A stretch of 64,000 nt of DNA, from NCBI GenBank assembly GCA_963695545.1, contig OY968796.1, positions 800,001 through 864,000 on the forward strand, read 5' to 3'. The notes below the pieces were generated by a model, which made no database searches, was not told the origin of the DNA, and worked only from the letters and a program-made list of their open reading frames with translations. The DNA comes from Terriglobia bacterium (GTDB lineage: Bacteria > Acidobacteriota > Terriglobia > Acidiferrales > UBA7541). The translations under genes and the position numbers were made by a program. This document shows positions 40,959-51,032 of this stretch, piece by piece. The number at the start of each line of letters is the position of its first letter. Position 1 is the stretch's first letter.

Positions 40959-41909
40959 ATGTCGGAGTTCGGTTTCCGCCTCTGGGCACTCCAAGGGTCA
41001 GTTTTGCCAAAAATTAGCGCTGTCGTAATTGCGTTCAATGAAGAATTGGACATTGCCCGAGCGCTGGCCTCCTTAGCTTGGTGCGATGAAGTGCTGGTCG
41101 TCGATTCGGGCAGCACGGACCGCACCGTCGAAGTGTGCGAGGCGTATGGATGCAATGTTCTGCATCGCACATTCACGGGCTACGGCGAACAAAAAGCCTG
41201 GGCCGTGACGCAGGCCGCGCACGATTGGATCCTCGCGCTCGACGCCGATGAAGAAGTTCCCGCCGCGCTGAAGGACGAAATCCTTTCCAAATTGGGACGC
41301 ACGGAAAATTGCAGCGGATATTACATTCCGATCACCACGGTGCTGTGGGATCAGGTCGTGCGCACGGGACGCCGGCACACAAAACCCAAGCTGCGGTTGT
41401 TCGATCGCAGGTTCGGGAATTTTCGCCGGCAACTAGTGCACGAATCGGTGGCTCTCGAAGGCCGCACCGAGCATCTGCGCGAGGCCATGTATAACTATTC
41501 CTACGCGAGCATCGCGGACTATTTCGACAAGTTCAACCGATATACGAGTCTGGCGGCACTCGAAAGTTTTCGGCCAAGCGAGCGCTCGAGTTTTCTGAAA
41601 GCCGTGGTCAGGCTGCCGCTCACATTCATTCAGTTTTATTTCCTGAAAGGTTTCATGTGGGACGGCTCGGCGGGTTTCACTTGGTCATTGTTTTCATCTT
41701 TGTATCCGGCCGTGAAGCAATTCAAATTATCGGAGTTTCATCGCGCCTACGCGCAGCAGCAACTTACCGACGGTTTTCTGGCGACATCTTCGCCGCGCCA
41801 CGCGCAGCGGGAACAACAGGGCGTTCGACACCGTGCAGATCCTCAATTGGCGGACGACTTGGTTGGCACGCGACAATTGCATTACGGCAAACGCGCCGAA
41901 CAAAGGTGA
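40959..41909 (+). CDS. GT2 glycosyltransferase (WaaE/KdtX-like LPS glycosyltransferase)
   Basis: ISAVVIAFNEE, VDSGSTDRT, WILALDADE, VHE, KFNRYT. Confidence 0.88.
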   Translation: MSEFGFRLWALQGSVLPKISAVVIAFNEELDIARALASLAWCDEVLVVDSGSTDRTVEVCEAYGCNVLHRTFTGYGEQKAWAVTQAAHDWILALDADEEVPAALKDEILSKLGRTENCSGYYIPITTVLWDQVVRTGRRHTKPKLRLFDRRFGNFRRQLVHESVALEGRTEHLREAMYNYSYASIADYFDKFNRYTSLAALESFRPSERSSFLKAVVRLPLTFIQFYFLKGFMWDGSAGFTWSLFSSLYPAVKQFKLSEFHRAYAQQQLTDGFLATSSPRHAQREQQGVRHRADPQLADDLVGTRQLHYGKRAEQR

Positions 41910-41990
41910 CACCGCGCGCGCGGCACGCCTCGGCCGCCGCACCGGCCTTGCTTCCAATGCGATAATTCTGATTAACTTCTTTCTCGCCGA

Positions 41991-42815
41991 GTGACTTCTT
42001 CTGAATTAATCTACGGCGGAATTGCGTGTCTCGTGATTTTGCTGTGGCTCGTTTATCGCTACGGCCTGTTTGTTCCCGCGCCGAAGGGTTTGCCAATCCT
42101 GCTCTATCACAAAGTCGCGGCGGATCGCGCCGACGCGTTGACCATTTCTACGGATTGCCTCGATCGCGAACTCGCATACATCAAATCGAGCGGCTATACG
42201 CCGATTTCATTTGCGGAACTCAGGGAATCGCTCGCCGGCCGCCGCTCCTTTCCCGCGAAACCGATCATTGTGACTTTTGACGACGGCTATCTGAGCACAT
42301 ATGAGCTCGCGTGCCCGCTGCTGGCGAAACACGGCGTGAAGGCCACCGTCTTCCTGCCCACCGCATTCATCGGAGGCGTGGCCGGCTGGGACGGCGCGAG
42401 CGAGCCGCTGGTGTCCTGGGAGACGATCTGCAAACTCGGCGCGGGCCAAATGGACGCACAACTCATCGAGTTCGGATTGCACTCGCATCGTCACGAAAGC
42501 TACGAACGATATTCAGCCGCGCAAATCGAAGCCGACTTGTCGCAATGTCTGCGCGCGCTCGAAGATTCCGGCTGTCGCTTCACGCGCGTATTCGCGTACG
42601 CTTACGGCCGTGTGCCGAAAGACGCCAGCGCCAATCGCGCCATGCGGGAATTCTTCAGGCAACACGAGATCGATTTCGCCGTGCGCATCGGCTCGCGAAT
42701 CAACGCGCTTCCGCCGAAAGATATTTACGAACTGAAACGCACGGCCATCCGCGGCACAGACAGTTTCTGGGAGTTCAAGACAAAATTGCGCAAAGGCCGG
42801 ATCAAACTCTTCTAG
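41991..42815 (+). CDS. Polysaccharide deacetylase (NodB/CE4)
   Basis: N-terminal TM anchor; PILLYHKV, TFDDGY, HSHRH, FAYAYG. Confidence 0.9.
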   Translation: MTSSELIYGGIACLVILLWLVYRYGLFVPAPKGLPILLYHKVAADRADALTISTDCLDRELAYIKSSGYTPISFAELRESLAGRRSFPAKPIIVTFDDGYLSTYELACPLLAKHGVKATVFLPTAFIGGVAGWDGASEPLVSWETICKLGAGQMDAQLIEFGLHSHRHESYERYSAAQIEADLSQCLRALEDSGCRFTRVFAYAYGRVPKDASANRAMREFFRQHEIDFAVRIGSRINALPPKDIYELKRTAIRGTDSFWEFKTKLRKGRIKLF

Positions 42816-43185
42816 TCTGCGAATACTGCCTCGCCGGAGCGGCCGGCAGCTGCGCCTCGGCGTGCGTCTTGAACCAACAATCGTTTCCTGTGCGCGCATT
42901 TTCGCGTCGCGAAGGCGCGAATAAGTTCCAAAGTGGACAGACACGACCGCTTGAGTGGGTCTAAACTCAGAATTCCTATGGAAGCTCGGAAGGCTCTCGA
43001 CATCAGGTACCAGGGTGAGAAAATGGCCGAAATGAACACGGACAAATACGTAGCTGCTCCTCAACACGAGGTCGTCGACCAGGCGATTCCAACCCCAGAG
43101 GATGAAAAACGCGCGGCAAAAGATGTTTCGCGGACCAAACCCGCGCGGGGCAGGCTGCCTGCGCGCGCGTCGCGATCTTGCTGAT

Positions 43186-43584
43186 TCAGGCTTTCGGATC
43201 CGCTGTGACGGTAATGGATACGCGAGCCCCCTTTTTGAGCTTCACATCGTCGCCATCTTCGTTCAGCAGCATATTCTCGATGCGCAGGTTTCGATGGGGG
43301 CGATTGGCCCCGTCGACGGCAATCTGTGCCTTTTCCGCCTTGTCCACACGCAATGGCGGGAAAATCTTCTCGACCCTCCCGGGCATGGTGACGCTAGGCT
43401 GTTCTGGAATGCGCGTTGGGTCGAGATTGCGCTCCGCGATTCGGGCCGACCTGGCCATCAGCGGCTTCGCAAGCTCGCTAATGACGCGCGCCCGAACCGC
43501 AGCGCGGGATTCCGTCTTGGTTTTCTTACGCCGCACCGCTACACGATGACACCGCCAGATGAGCTTTGCAGCCCCTTTTGACAC
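43186..43584 (-). CDS. Small hypothetical protein (start uncertain)
   Basis: Beta-rich C-terminal domain MPGRVEKI...EKAQIAVDGA...LRIEN.L...VKLKKGARVSITV. Confidence 0.6.
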   Translation of the reverse strand: MSKGAAKLIWRCHRVAVRRKKTKTESRAAVRARVISELAKPLMARSARIAERNLDPTRIPEQPSVTMPGRVEKIFPPLRVDKAEKAQIAVDGANRPHRNLRIENMLLNEDGDDVKLKKGARVSITVTADPKA

Positions 43585-43654
43585 ACTTCCGCGGAATGAG
43601 ACGTTCGGTGGAATGAGTCGAATGCGCTGGAATGAGTCCCCGATTGACGAGGCT

Positions 43655-43861
43655 CTACTTCTTCGAGAGTTCGGCCTTGAAGTGCCTTTCCACTTCTTCG
43701 CGGCCCAGCGGGATCCGGGCTTCGGTCAGTAGCACTGAATAAACCACCTCGTTCCCTTCGATCTGCGCGGTGAGAAATGCGCCGTCATCCGGCAGCGTCT
43801 GATAGACAAATTTCACTTTTCTGCCGTCTTCGAGTGTTGTGACCCACTCTTCGTCCGCCAT
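43655..43861 (-). CDS. Small hypothetical protein
   Basis: 68-aa ORF with protein-like composition (MADEEWVTTLEDGRKVKF). Confidence 0.5.
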   Translation of the reverse strand: MADEEWVTTLEDGRKVKFVYQTLPDDGAFLTAQIEGNEVVYSVLLTEARIPLGREEVERHFKAELSKK

Positions 43862-44060
43862 ATTCCGATCTCGCGAGCGGAATTCCATGAAGGGTGCAAG
43901 TATACGTCGTTCGACGCCGCGATACGCGGTCAGTCTTAGCCGAAGCCCGCCCTAGCGACGTTTCCATAAAAGCGGGCTGCGCCGAGGCGGGCGGCGAAAC
44001 CGAACTCCTGATAAAATGCCTCCGCGAGCGATTTCACAAATTGGCGAGGGAGAACGATCG

Positions 44061-45011
44061 ATGCCGGATAAAAAAGTCATCGCAGTCGTCGGAGCGACCG
44101 GGGCGCAAGGCAGCGGCTTGGTTCGGGCGATCCTCGCCGATCCCAATGGCGGCTTCGCGGCGCGGGCTCTCACTCGGGATGTGAATTCGCCGAAAGCCAA
44201 GGAGCTCGCCAAGCTTGGCGCCGAGGTCGTCGCGGCGGACCTCAACAATCCCGAGAGTGTGAAGAAAGCTTTCGGGGGCGCCTACGGGGCATTCTGCGTC
44301 ACGTTTTTCTGGGAGCACTTCTCGCCTGAAAAGGAAATGGCGGACGCCAAGACCATGGCCGAGGCGGCCAATGCCGCGCGACTCCAGCACGTGATCTGGT
44401 CCACGCTCGAAGACACGCGCAAATGGGTGCCTCTCACCGACGATCGCATGCCCACGCTCAAGGGCGAATACAAAGTTCCGCACTTCGACGCGAAAGGCGC
44501 CTCCGATCACTTTTTCACCGACGCCGGCGTTCCCACCACGTTCCTGCTCACCGCTTTCTACTGGGACAACTTCATCTACGCCGGCATGGGCCCGAAAAAA
44601 GGCCCGGACGGAACGCTGGCCATCACGCTTCCGATGGCCGACAAAAGGTTGCCGGGGATCGCCGCGGAGGACATCGGCAAATGCGCCTATGGCATTTTCA
44701 AAAAAGGCCAAGAATTTATCGGCAAGACCGTGGCGATCTCCGGCGAAAATCTCAGCGGCGCGCAAATGGCCGCCGCCTTCACCCAAGTTCTGGGCAAACC
44801 CGTCGGCTTCAACAGCGTCACACCCGAAATGTACCGCAGCTTCGGCTTTCCCGGCGCCGACGATCTTGGCAACATGTTCCAGTTCAAGTGCGACTTTGAG
44901 GATTACTACTGCGGCGCGCGCAGCCCTGCTTTCGCCCGCACGCTAAATCCGTCGCTGCAAGATTTCAAAACGTGGCTGAGCAAAAACAAGAACGCCATCG
45001 CTCTCGATTAG
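44061..45011 (+). CDS. NmrA/HSCARG family NAD(P)-binding protein
   Basis: VVGATGAQGSG Rossmann motif, VPHFDAK; SD GAGGGAG. Confidence 0.92.
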   Translation: MPDKKVIAVVGATGAQGSGLVRAILADPNGGFAARALTRDVNSPKAKELAKLGAEVVAADLNNPESVKKAFGGAYGAFCVTFFWEHFSPEKEMADAKTMAEAANAARLQHVIWSTLEDTRKWVPLTDDRMPTLKGEYKVPHFDAKGASDHFFTDAGVPTTFLLTAFYWDNFIYAGMGPKKGPDGTLAITLPMADKRLPGIAAEDIGKCAYGIFKKGQEFIGKTVAISGENLSGAQMAAAFTQVLGKPVGFNSVTPEMYRSFGFPGADDLGNMFQFKCDFEDYYCGARSPAFARTLNPSLQDFKTWLSKNKNAIALD

Positions 45012-45167
45012 GTGATCGTGCTGCAGGCGAAAGCGTGCGCTGACGCAGGCCCCGCGCCAAGCGGCGCCCCACTCTGGTGCCTCCGCGTCACACTCCCGTA
45101 ACATAACCATGATAATTTACCGTACCTTGTTGAATATCCTGGCCACCACACGGAAAGGAGCCATACC

Positions 45168-46490
45168 ATGCCCGCACCCGGCTTTGCCTTCGCCAATCCA
45201 CAACCTTCGCCCGACAACCTGAACACCAAGGACCCCAAGGACGCTTACGCCGACGATTCCGCCGTCACGGCCACGCCGGTCACCGAACCTATTCCCAAAT
45301 CGTGGAAGACTCCGGAAGAAATGGCGCTCGCCGACGTTCTGGGCGCGCAAGCCGTTCAGCAGATTCAAAGCGCCGGCAAAATTGTTTTCCACTCCATCGG
45401 AGATACCGGCGGCATCAAGGAACCGTCTCACCAGTTTGCCGTGGCTGACGCCATGACCAAGGACATTGGCGAGACCACTTACGCCGCGGGACGCCCCGCG
45501 TTCTGCTATCACCTCGGCGACGTGGTCTATTACTTCGGCCAGGAACGCTACTATTTCGATCAATTCTACGAAGCCTACCGCGATTACGACGGCCCCATCT
45601 TCGCGATTCCCGGCAATCACGATGGCGAGATGTTCCCGAAAGAACAAGCGCAGTATTCGCTTCAAGCTTTCTACAACAATTTCTGCTCGAAAACGCCCGT
45701 GAAAGACCCCGCCGCGAAAGGGTTTTCGCGAACCACCATGACGCAGCCCGGCGTCTATTTCACTCTCAATGCTCCGTTCGTCAAAATCATCGGCCTCTAT
45801 TCCAATACCGGCGAGGCCACCGGCGTGATCAGCGACACGACCGTCGGAACGGCGCAGCTAACTTTTCTCTCGTCGCAATTGAAGGAAGCAGCGAGCCAGC
45901 GCGCGCAGAAAAGCGCCGCTCCCTTTGCTTTGATCATCGCCGTGCACCATCCGCCGTTCACGCTGAGTAAAGAACAGTTTCCGAGCCCCGCGATGCTCGC
46001 GCAAATCGACGCGGCCTGCCAGCAGGCGAAAATCTGGCCGGACATCGTGCTCTCCGGCCACGCCCATTTGTGTGAGAGGTACACGCGCACGCTCCCGGCA
46101 AAATACACCGGGCTCGCGAGTGTGAAATCTTTTCAGATTCCTTACGTCGTCGCGGGGAACGGCGGCTATCTGCAGCTCAGCCAGACGCGTTTAGGCAAGA
46201 ATGATTCCGATCCGCAGCCCGGCGCCCCCGGCACCGACGGAAAGGGAAACCCGCTGACGCTCGACGTCTACAACAACACCACGTACGGATTCTTGCGTCT
46301 GACTGTAAGCCCGACCTCAATCCTGCTTGAGTCGCTCGGAGTCGATGAATCGAGCGGCCAGACTTCGCCTATCGACACGTTCACCGTCGACCTCTCGAAG
46401 CACGTGGTGAAAGGCACGCCGCCGAAAAGTAGGATAAGATCCGGCGTCGTTGCGTCGCACCAATACGACCGCTCGCCCAGAAAGAAATGA
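45168..46490 (+). CDS. Calcineurin-like metallophosphoesterase
   Basis: GDTGG, GDVVY, GNHD, HHPP, GHAH motifs in order; SD AAGGAG. Confidence 0.9.
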   Translation: MPAPGFAFANPQPSPDNLNTKDPKDAYADDSAVTATPVTEPIPKSWKTPEEMALADVLGAQAVQQIQSAGKIVFHSIGDTGGIKEPSHQFAVADAMTKDIGETTYAAGRPAFCYHLGDVVYYFGQERYYFDQFYEAYRDYDGPIFAIPGNHDGEMFPKEQAQYSLQAFYNNFCSKTPVKDPAAKGFSRTTMTQPGVYFTLNAPFVKIIGLYSNTGEATGVISDTTVGTAQLTFLSSQLKEAASQRAQKSAAPFALIIAVHHPPFTLSKEQFPSPAMLAQIDAACQQAKIWPDIVLSGHAHLCERYTRTLPAKYTGLASVKSFQIPYVVAGNGGYLQLSQTRLGKNDSDPQPGAPGTDGKGNPLTLDVYNNTTYGFLRLTVSPTSILLESLGVDESSGQTSPIDTFTVDLSKHVVKGTPPKSRIRSGVVASHQYDRSPRKK

Positions 46491-46561
46491 TCGATGCCGC
46501 GGCGGACGGCGGGAGAGTCGCGGCGGCCAGCGCCTAAGTGCGAATTGAAATTCGCGTGGTG

Positions 46562-47437
46562 ATGCGAAGGCCCTTGCCAATTTTTGTGACGACTGTATTC
46601 TTCGCCGGCGCACTATGCTCGCTGGGCGCGCGAGTGCCGCGCGGTTCCGACGGAATTGGACCCGCGGGAATTCCTTCGCGCTCCTATCTTGGCTTCGACA
46701 ACAACATATATCCCGGCGATGCGGCGCTCCGGACGCTGCGGGAAACCTTCTCTTTCTCCGGATTTTGGCTCAACCCGCCGCCCGGCGAGGCCTCAAACAC
46801 CTGGCAAGGCAAGCGCGAAATCCTGGCCGCGCATGGCTTCGGTTTTCTGGTCCTGTTCAACGGGCGCCTCGATTCCGAACTCCAGCCTCCCGCCGGCGCG
46901 AAATCGCTCGGCGCGCGCGATGCCGCCGTGGCCGTCGCCGCGGCGAAGAAGCAAGGCTTCTCCGCGCGAACCATCATTTTTCTCGATCAGGAAGAAGGCG
47001 GGCGAATGTTGCCCGAGCAGAAGGCCTATGTGTACGCCTGGGTTGACGCCGTCAATGCCTCCGGATTTCGCGCCGGCGTCTATTGCTCCGGAATCCCTGC
47101 GCTAGACGACGACGGAACGACCGTGATCACCGCCAACAATTTGCTGCAAAACTCAGCCGGAAGGAAAATCGTATTTTTCGTTTACAACGACGCCTGCCCT
47201 CCCTCGCCCGGCTGCGCCTTTCCGGAACCTTCGCCATCACCGCGCGAAAGCGGCGTCCCATTCGCCGCGATCTGGCAATTCGCGCAGTCGCCTCGCAGAC
47301 CCGGCTACACGCTCAGCTGCCCCTCCCAGTACGACGCGGACGGCAACTGCTACGCGCCCCTGCTGAAAAAAATTGACGGCGTGTATATCGACGTCGATAC
47401 CGCCTCTTCGCCAGATCCGTCTTTTGGCCGGCGCTGA
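46562..47437 (+). CDS. DUF1906 (Rv2525c-like) glycoside hydrolase domain protein
   Basis: Signal peptide; GFDNNIYPG, IIFLDQEEG, GVYCS, IWQFAQS, DVDT. Confidence 0.8.
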   Translation: MRRPLPIFVTTVFFAGALCSLGARVPRGSDGIGPAGIPSRSYLGFDNNIYPGDAALRTLRETFSFSGFWLNPPPGEASNTWQGKREILAAHGFGFLVLFNGRLDSELQPPAGAKSLGARDAAVAVAAAKKQGFSARTIIFLDQEEGGRMLPEQKAYVYAWVDAVNASGFRAGVYCSGIPALDDDGTTVITANNLLQNSAGRKIVFFVYNDACPPSPGCAFPEPSPSPRESGVPFAAIWQFAQSPRRPGYTLSCPSQYDADGNCYAPLLKKIDGVYIDVDTASSPDPSFGRR

Positions 47438-47489
47438 CGCTCGGCGGCGGCCACTGGCCTCGCGCACATTCATCTGCGACAATCGGCGC

Positions 47490-48014
47490 ATGGCGCAACA
47501 CGACGATGCCGCAATCGAAATCGCGCGGGCAACGCCGGCCGACGTTCCGGTATTGCTCGAGCTTATTCGCGGGCTCGCCGAGTACGAAAAGTTATCCGAA
47601 GAAGTTTCGGCTACGGCTGCGGGTTTGCACGCCGCGCTCTTCGGGCCGCGGCCGGTCGCGGAAGCGATTCTGGCGCGTGTCGAAGGCACGGCAGTCGGCT
47701 TTGCCGTTTTCTTTCACAATTTTTCGACGTTTGTCGGGTTGCCAGGCGTCTATCTCGAAGACTTGTTTGTGCTGCCCGAGCATCGCGGCAAAGGAATCGG
47801 CAAAGCGTTGCTGCTGCATGTTGGCGCGCTTGCAAACGAGCGCGGCTGCGGACGCTTCGAGTGGGCCGTGCTCGATTGGAATCGGCCGGCCATCGAGTTT
47901 TATCGCGGTTTGGGCGCGCGAGCCATGGACGAATGGACGCTCTACCGTCTTGCGGGCGAACCGCTCGCGGCATTGTCTCGAAAACGGGCCGGAAAGCCGG
48001 GGAAATCTGCGTGA
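47490..48014 (+). CDS. GNAT N-acetyltransferase (diamine acetyltransferase-like)
   Basis: LAEYEKL, YLEDLFV.PEHRGKGIG, WAVLDWN.PAIEFY. Confidence 0.92.
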   Translation: MAQHDDAAIEIARATPADVPVLLELIRGLAEYEKLSEEVSATAAGLHAALFGPRPVAEAILARVEGTAVGFAVFFHNFSTFVGLPGVYLEDLFVLPEHRGKGIGKALLLHVGALANERGCGRFEWAVLDWNRPAIEFYRGLGARAMDEWTLYRLAGEPLAALSRKRAGKPGKSA

Positions 48015-49423
48015 AGCTGTACCGTGCACACCGAAATAGAATTTGGATCGCACGCGTCCTCGCGCCGTCGCTGGCAATCGTCGCGATCGCTCTGCTCGCA
48101 AGCGCCGTCGCCGGACGCGAGCGCGAATCGACGTCCGTCTACGCGCTGCGCCGGCAACGACTGGCGTCGCAACTCCGTGCGCCAGTTGTGCTGTTCGGAC
48201 TCACCGGCCACGAAGAAGCCAATCCTTCTTACGTGTTCAACCAGGAGGAGAATTTCTACTATTTGACCGGCCACAACGAAGAAGGCGCGGCGATGGTGGA
48301 ATTGCCGCCCGACGCGAAATACAAAGGCGGAAACGTGGCCGCCGACATTCTCTTCCTTCCGCCGCGTGATCCCGAACAAGAGAAATGGAATGGTCCGCGC
48401 ATCGGGCCCGATGATCCCGGCGTCCGCGAACTCACCGGCTTCGCCGACGTCGAGCCGATCGGCAAGCTGCGCGATGTGCTGAGGCAACTGAAATCGACCT
48501 ACCCGACGATGTATACGCTGCTGCCCGCGCCTGACGAAGACGGGTATCCGCACGAAGCCGACGAACTCGCCTGGCTCAAGGACAACGTTCCCGGCGGCGA
48601 TTGGAAAGACGCGCGCGACGCCATCGGCGCGATGCGCCAGATCAAATCCACCGGCGAACTGGCGCTGATCCAACACGCCATCGACGTTTCCGTCGACGCG
48701 CAACTCGAAGCCATGAAAATGATGCGGCCGGGATTGTGGGAATATCAGGTGGCCGCGCGCATGGTGGAAATCCACGCCTGGGGCGGCTGCGAAGCCGAAG
48801 CCTACGCGCCGATCGTCGGCTCGGCTTTCAATTCCACGGTGATGCACTACAACAAGCTGGACCGCCAGATTCAGGATGGCGACATCGTCCTCCTCGACGT
48901 TGGCGGTCAATACTCCGGCTACGCGGCCGACATCACGCGCACTCTGCCGGCCAACGGAAAATTCACGCCGCGACAGCGCGAAATCTACGAAATCGTTCTG
49001 GGCGCGCAAAACGCCGCGTTCGCAGCGGCCAAGCCCGGCGCGCGCTTCACGCGTGGTTCCGGCAGCCTGTATCAAATCGCTTACGACTACATCAATTCGC
49101 ACGGCAAGGATCGCGAAGGCCGTTCGCTCGGCCGCTATTTCATCACCGGCTTGGGCCACCACATCGGCCTCGACGTTCACGACGCCGGCGATCCTTCGCG
49201 CACGCTCGAAGCCGGCATGACCATCACCCTCGAGCCGGGAATTTACATTCCGGAGGAAAATCTCGGCGTGCGCATCGAAGACGATGTTCTGATCACGCCC
49301 ACGGGCGCGAAATTCCTGACGGCTCGCCTGCCGCGCGATCCCGATGAAATCGAAAAGATTATGGCCGAAGGCAAAGCCGCGCGCGAAAGCGCGCCCACAA
49401 CGCCGGCGGGCGCCGCGCCGTGA
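48011..49423 (+). CDS. pepP: Xaa-Pro aminopeptidase (M24B) with signal-like N-terminus
   Basis: FYYLTG, LLDVGG...YAADITRT, GHHIGLDVHD, TLEPGIY, GVRIEDD; GTG start overlaps GNAT stop. Confidence 0.9.
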   Translation: MKLYRAHRNRIWIARVLAPSLAIVAIALLASAVAGRERESTSVYALRRQRLASQLRAPVVLFGLTGHEEANPSYVFNQEENFYYLTGHNEEGAAMVELPPDAKYKGGNVAADILFLPPRDPEQEKWNGPRIGPDDPGVRELTGFADVEPIGKLRDVLRQLKSTYPTMYTLLPAPDEDGYPHEADELAWLKDNVPGGDWKDARDAIGAMRQIKSTGELALIQHAIDVSVDAQLEAMKMMRPGLWEYQVAARMVEIHAWGGCEAEAYAPIVGSAFNSTVMHYNKLDRQIQDGDIVLLDVGGQYSGYAADITRTLPANGKFTPRQREIYEIVLGAQNAAFAAAKPGARFTRGSGSLYQIAYDYINSHGKDREGRSLGRYFITGLGHHIGLDVHDAGDPSRTLEAGMTITLEPGIYIPEENLGVRIEDDVLITPTGAKFLTARLPRDPDEIEKIMAEGKAARESAPTTPAGAAP

Positions 49424-49542
49424 ACGGTGTTCGAGCCTCGCGCAGTCGGGTATAATTGTTGGGTTTGGATGGCGCGCGGAACCTCGCAGTAGCGCCGCAG
49501 CTACGGCCCGCCGGGGTCAGCTTCAAGCTAAAGGGAGATTCC

Positions 49543-50112
49543 ATGTCGGAGGAAGTAAGAGCGACGCAACTGCGTCCGGGAATGATCATTCGCCACGACG
49601 GGGATCTTTACACGGTCCACAGCGTGGATCACCGCACGCCCGGAAACAAGCGCGGCGCCATGGCCACGAAGATGCGGAATCTGCGGACAGGCTCGATCAT
49701 GGATCACAGGTTTCGCGCGGAAGATACGCTTGAGCGCGCGGTGTTCGATGAAATTGAATTCGAGTTTCTTTACGCCGATGGCGAAGGCCACCACTTCATG
49801 AACACGGCAACCTACGATCAAATCCAGCTCGGCCCCGAAGTGCTCGGCGACGCGGTCTACTACTTGATTCCGAACACCGTGGTGAAATTGGAATTTTACG
49901 AGAACAAGCCCATCGGCGTGCTCTTGCCGGATACGGTCGACCTGAAAGTGGTGGACACCGAACCGACTCTGCAGAAGGCCACGGCCAGCGCGGTGATGAA
50001 GCCCGCGAAACTTGAAACCGGCCTCACGATTCAGGTGCCGCCGTTTATTTCAAACGGCGACAAAGTAAAAGTGGACACGTCGGAAGCGCGGTACGTACAG
50101 CGCGCCCAGTAA
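49543..50112 (+). CDS. efp: Translation elongation factor P
   Basis: FLYADG..HFMN..TYDQ, KPAKLETG..IQVP.FI..GDK.KVDT; SD AGGGAG; TATAAT at 49451-49456. Confidence 0.96.
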   Translation: MSEEVRATQLRPGMIIRHDGDLYTVHSVDHRTPGNKRGAMATKMRNLRTGSIMDHRFRAEDTLERAVFDEIEFEFLYADGEGHHFMNTATYDQIQLGPEVLGDAVYYLIPNTVVKLEFYENKPIGVLLPDTVDLKVVDTEPTLQKATASAVMKPAKLETGLTIQVPPFISNGDKVKVDTSEARYVQRAQ

Positions 50113-50154
50113 GATCGCGGAATCGCCGCGCGGCGCGAAAATCGGAGAGGACCC

Positions 50155-51006
50155 ATCGACGCCGCATCCAGCCTGGGACCTGCTTCGATCGTCGTGGCCA
50201 GCTACAACGACGCCGACGTCGTCGAACGCACGCTCGCGGCGCTCGCAAAGCAATCCTGCCCGAATTTTGAAATCGTCATCGCCGATGACGGTTCGCGCGA
50301 GCCTTACGCCGAGCTGCTTGAGCGCTGGGCGCCGCGATTTTCCTATCCCGTCCAGCATGTTCGCCACGAAGATTTGGGATTCCGCAAAGCGCGAATCTTG
50401 AATCGCGCCGTGCGCGTGAGCCGCTTCGATCGACTTATCTTCCTAGACATGGATTGCCTGCCGCATCGGGACTTTGTGCGCAATCACCTGCGCTTCGTGC
50501 GCCCCGGCACGGCGATCACCGGCCGCCGTGTGCATATCGACCGATCCGTCGCGTCCACCGTGGCACAGATCGCGGCGCGCGGCGTGGATCTGGGCCCGCT
50601 GAAACTTGTCTCCTTATGGATGGCAGGCAAGGCCCAATGCATCGAGCACGGACTTTTGCTGCCGGAAATGTTTGAATCCTCGCGGCGCGCGATTTTGGGC
50701 AGCAATTTCTCCATTGTGAAATTTGATCTCGAGCGCATCAATGGTTTCAACGAAGAAGTGCAGGGCGCGGGATGGGAAGATTCCGATGTGGATCTGCGGC
50801 TGCAATTGGCCGGCGTGAAGATTCGCGACCTCAAAAATCTGGCGATTCAATATCACATCACGCACGCGCAGCGCGTCGGCAACACCGCGGAAAGCCAGAA
50901 GCGTTACGACGAGATGCGTTCGCAGCGCGTATTGCGCGCGCCGAAGGGCCTTGCGGAAATCGTGGCAGGAGATTTCGAGCGATTCGAGTACGGCACGGCG
51001 CGCTGA
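50155..51006 (+). CDS. GT2 glycosyltransferase (first canonical start is GTG 50194; ATC 50155 proposed)
   Basis: SIVVASYN, IADDGS, GFRKARILN, FLDMDC, NGFNE..GWEDSD. Confidence 0.85.
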   Translation: MDAASSLGPASIVVASYNDADVVERTLAALAKQSCPNFEIVIADDGSREPYAELLERWAPRFSYPVQHVRHEDLGFRKARILNRAVRVSRFDRLIFLDMDCLPHRDFVRNHLRFVRPGTAITGRRVHIDRSVASTVAQIAARGVDLGPLKLVSLWMAGKAQCIEHGLLLPEMFESSRRAILGSNFSIVKFDLERINGFNEEVQGAGWEDSDVDLRLQLAGVKIRDLKNLAIQYHITHAQRVGNTAESQKRYDEMRSQRVLRAPKGLAEIVAGDFERFEYGTAR

Positions 51007-51032
51007 CGCAAGTGCGTCAGCGCTGTTGCCGC

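Noticed and set aside
42933..43184. Short + strand ORF (MAEMNTDKY...)
   Set aside because: No motif, weak SD and low-complexity tail; not enough to call
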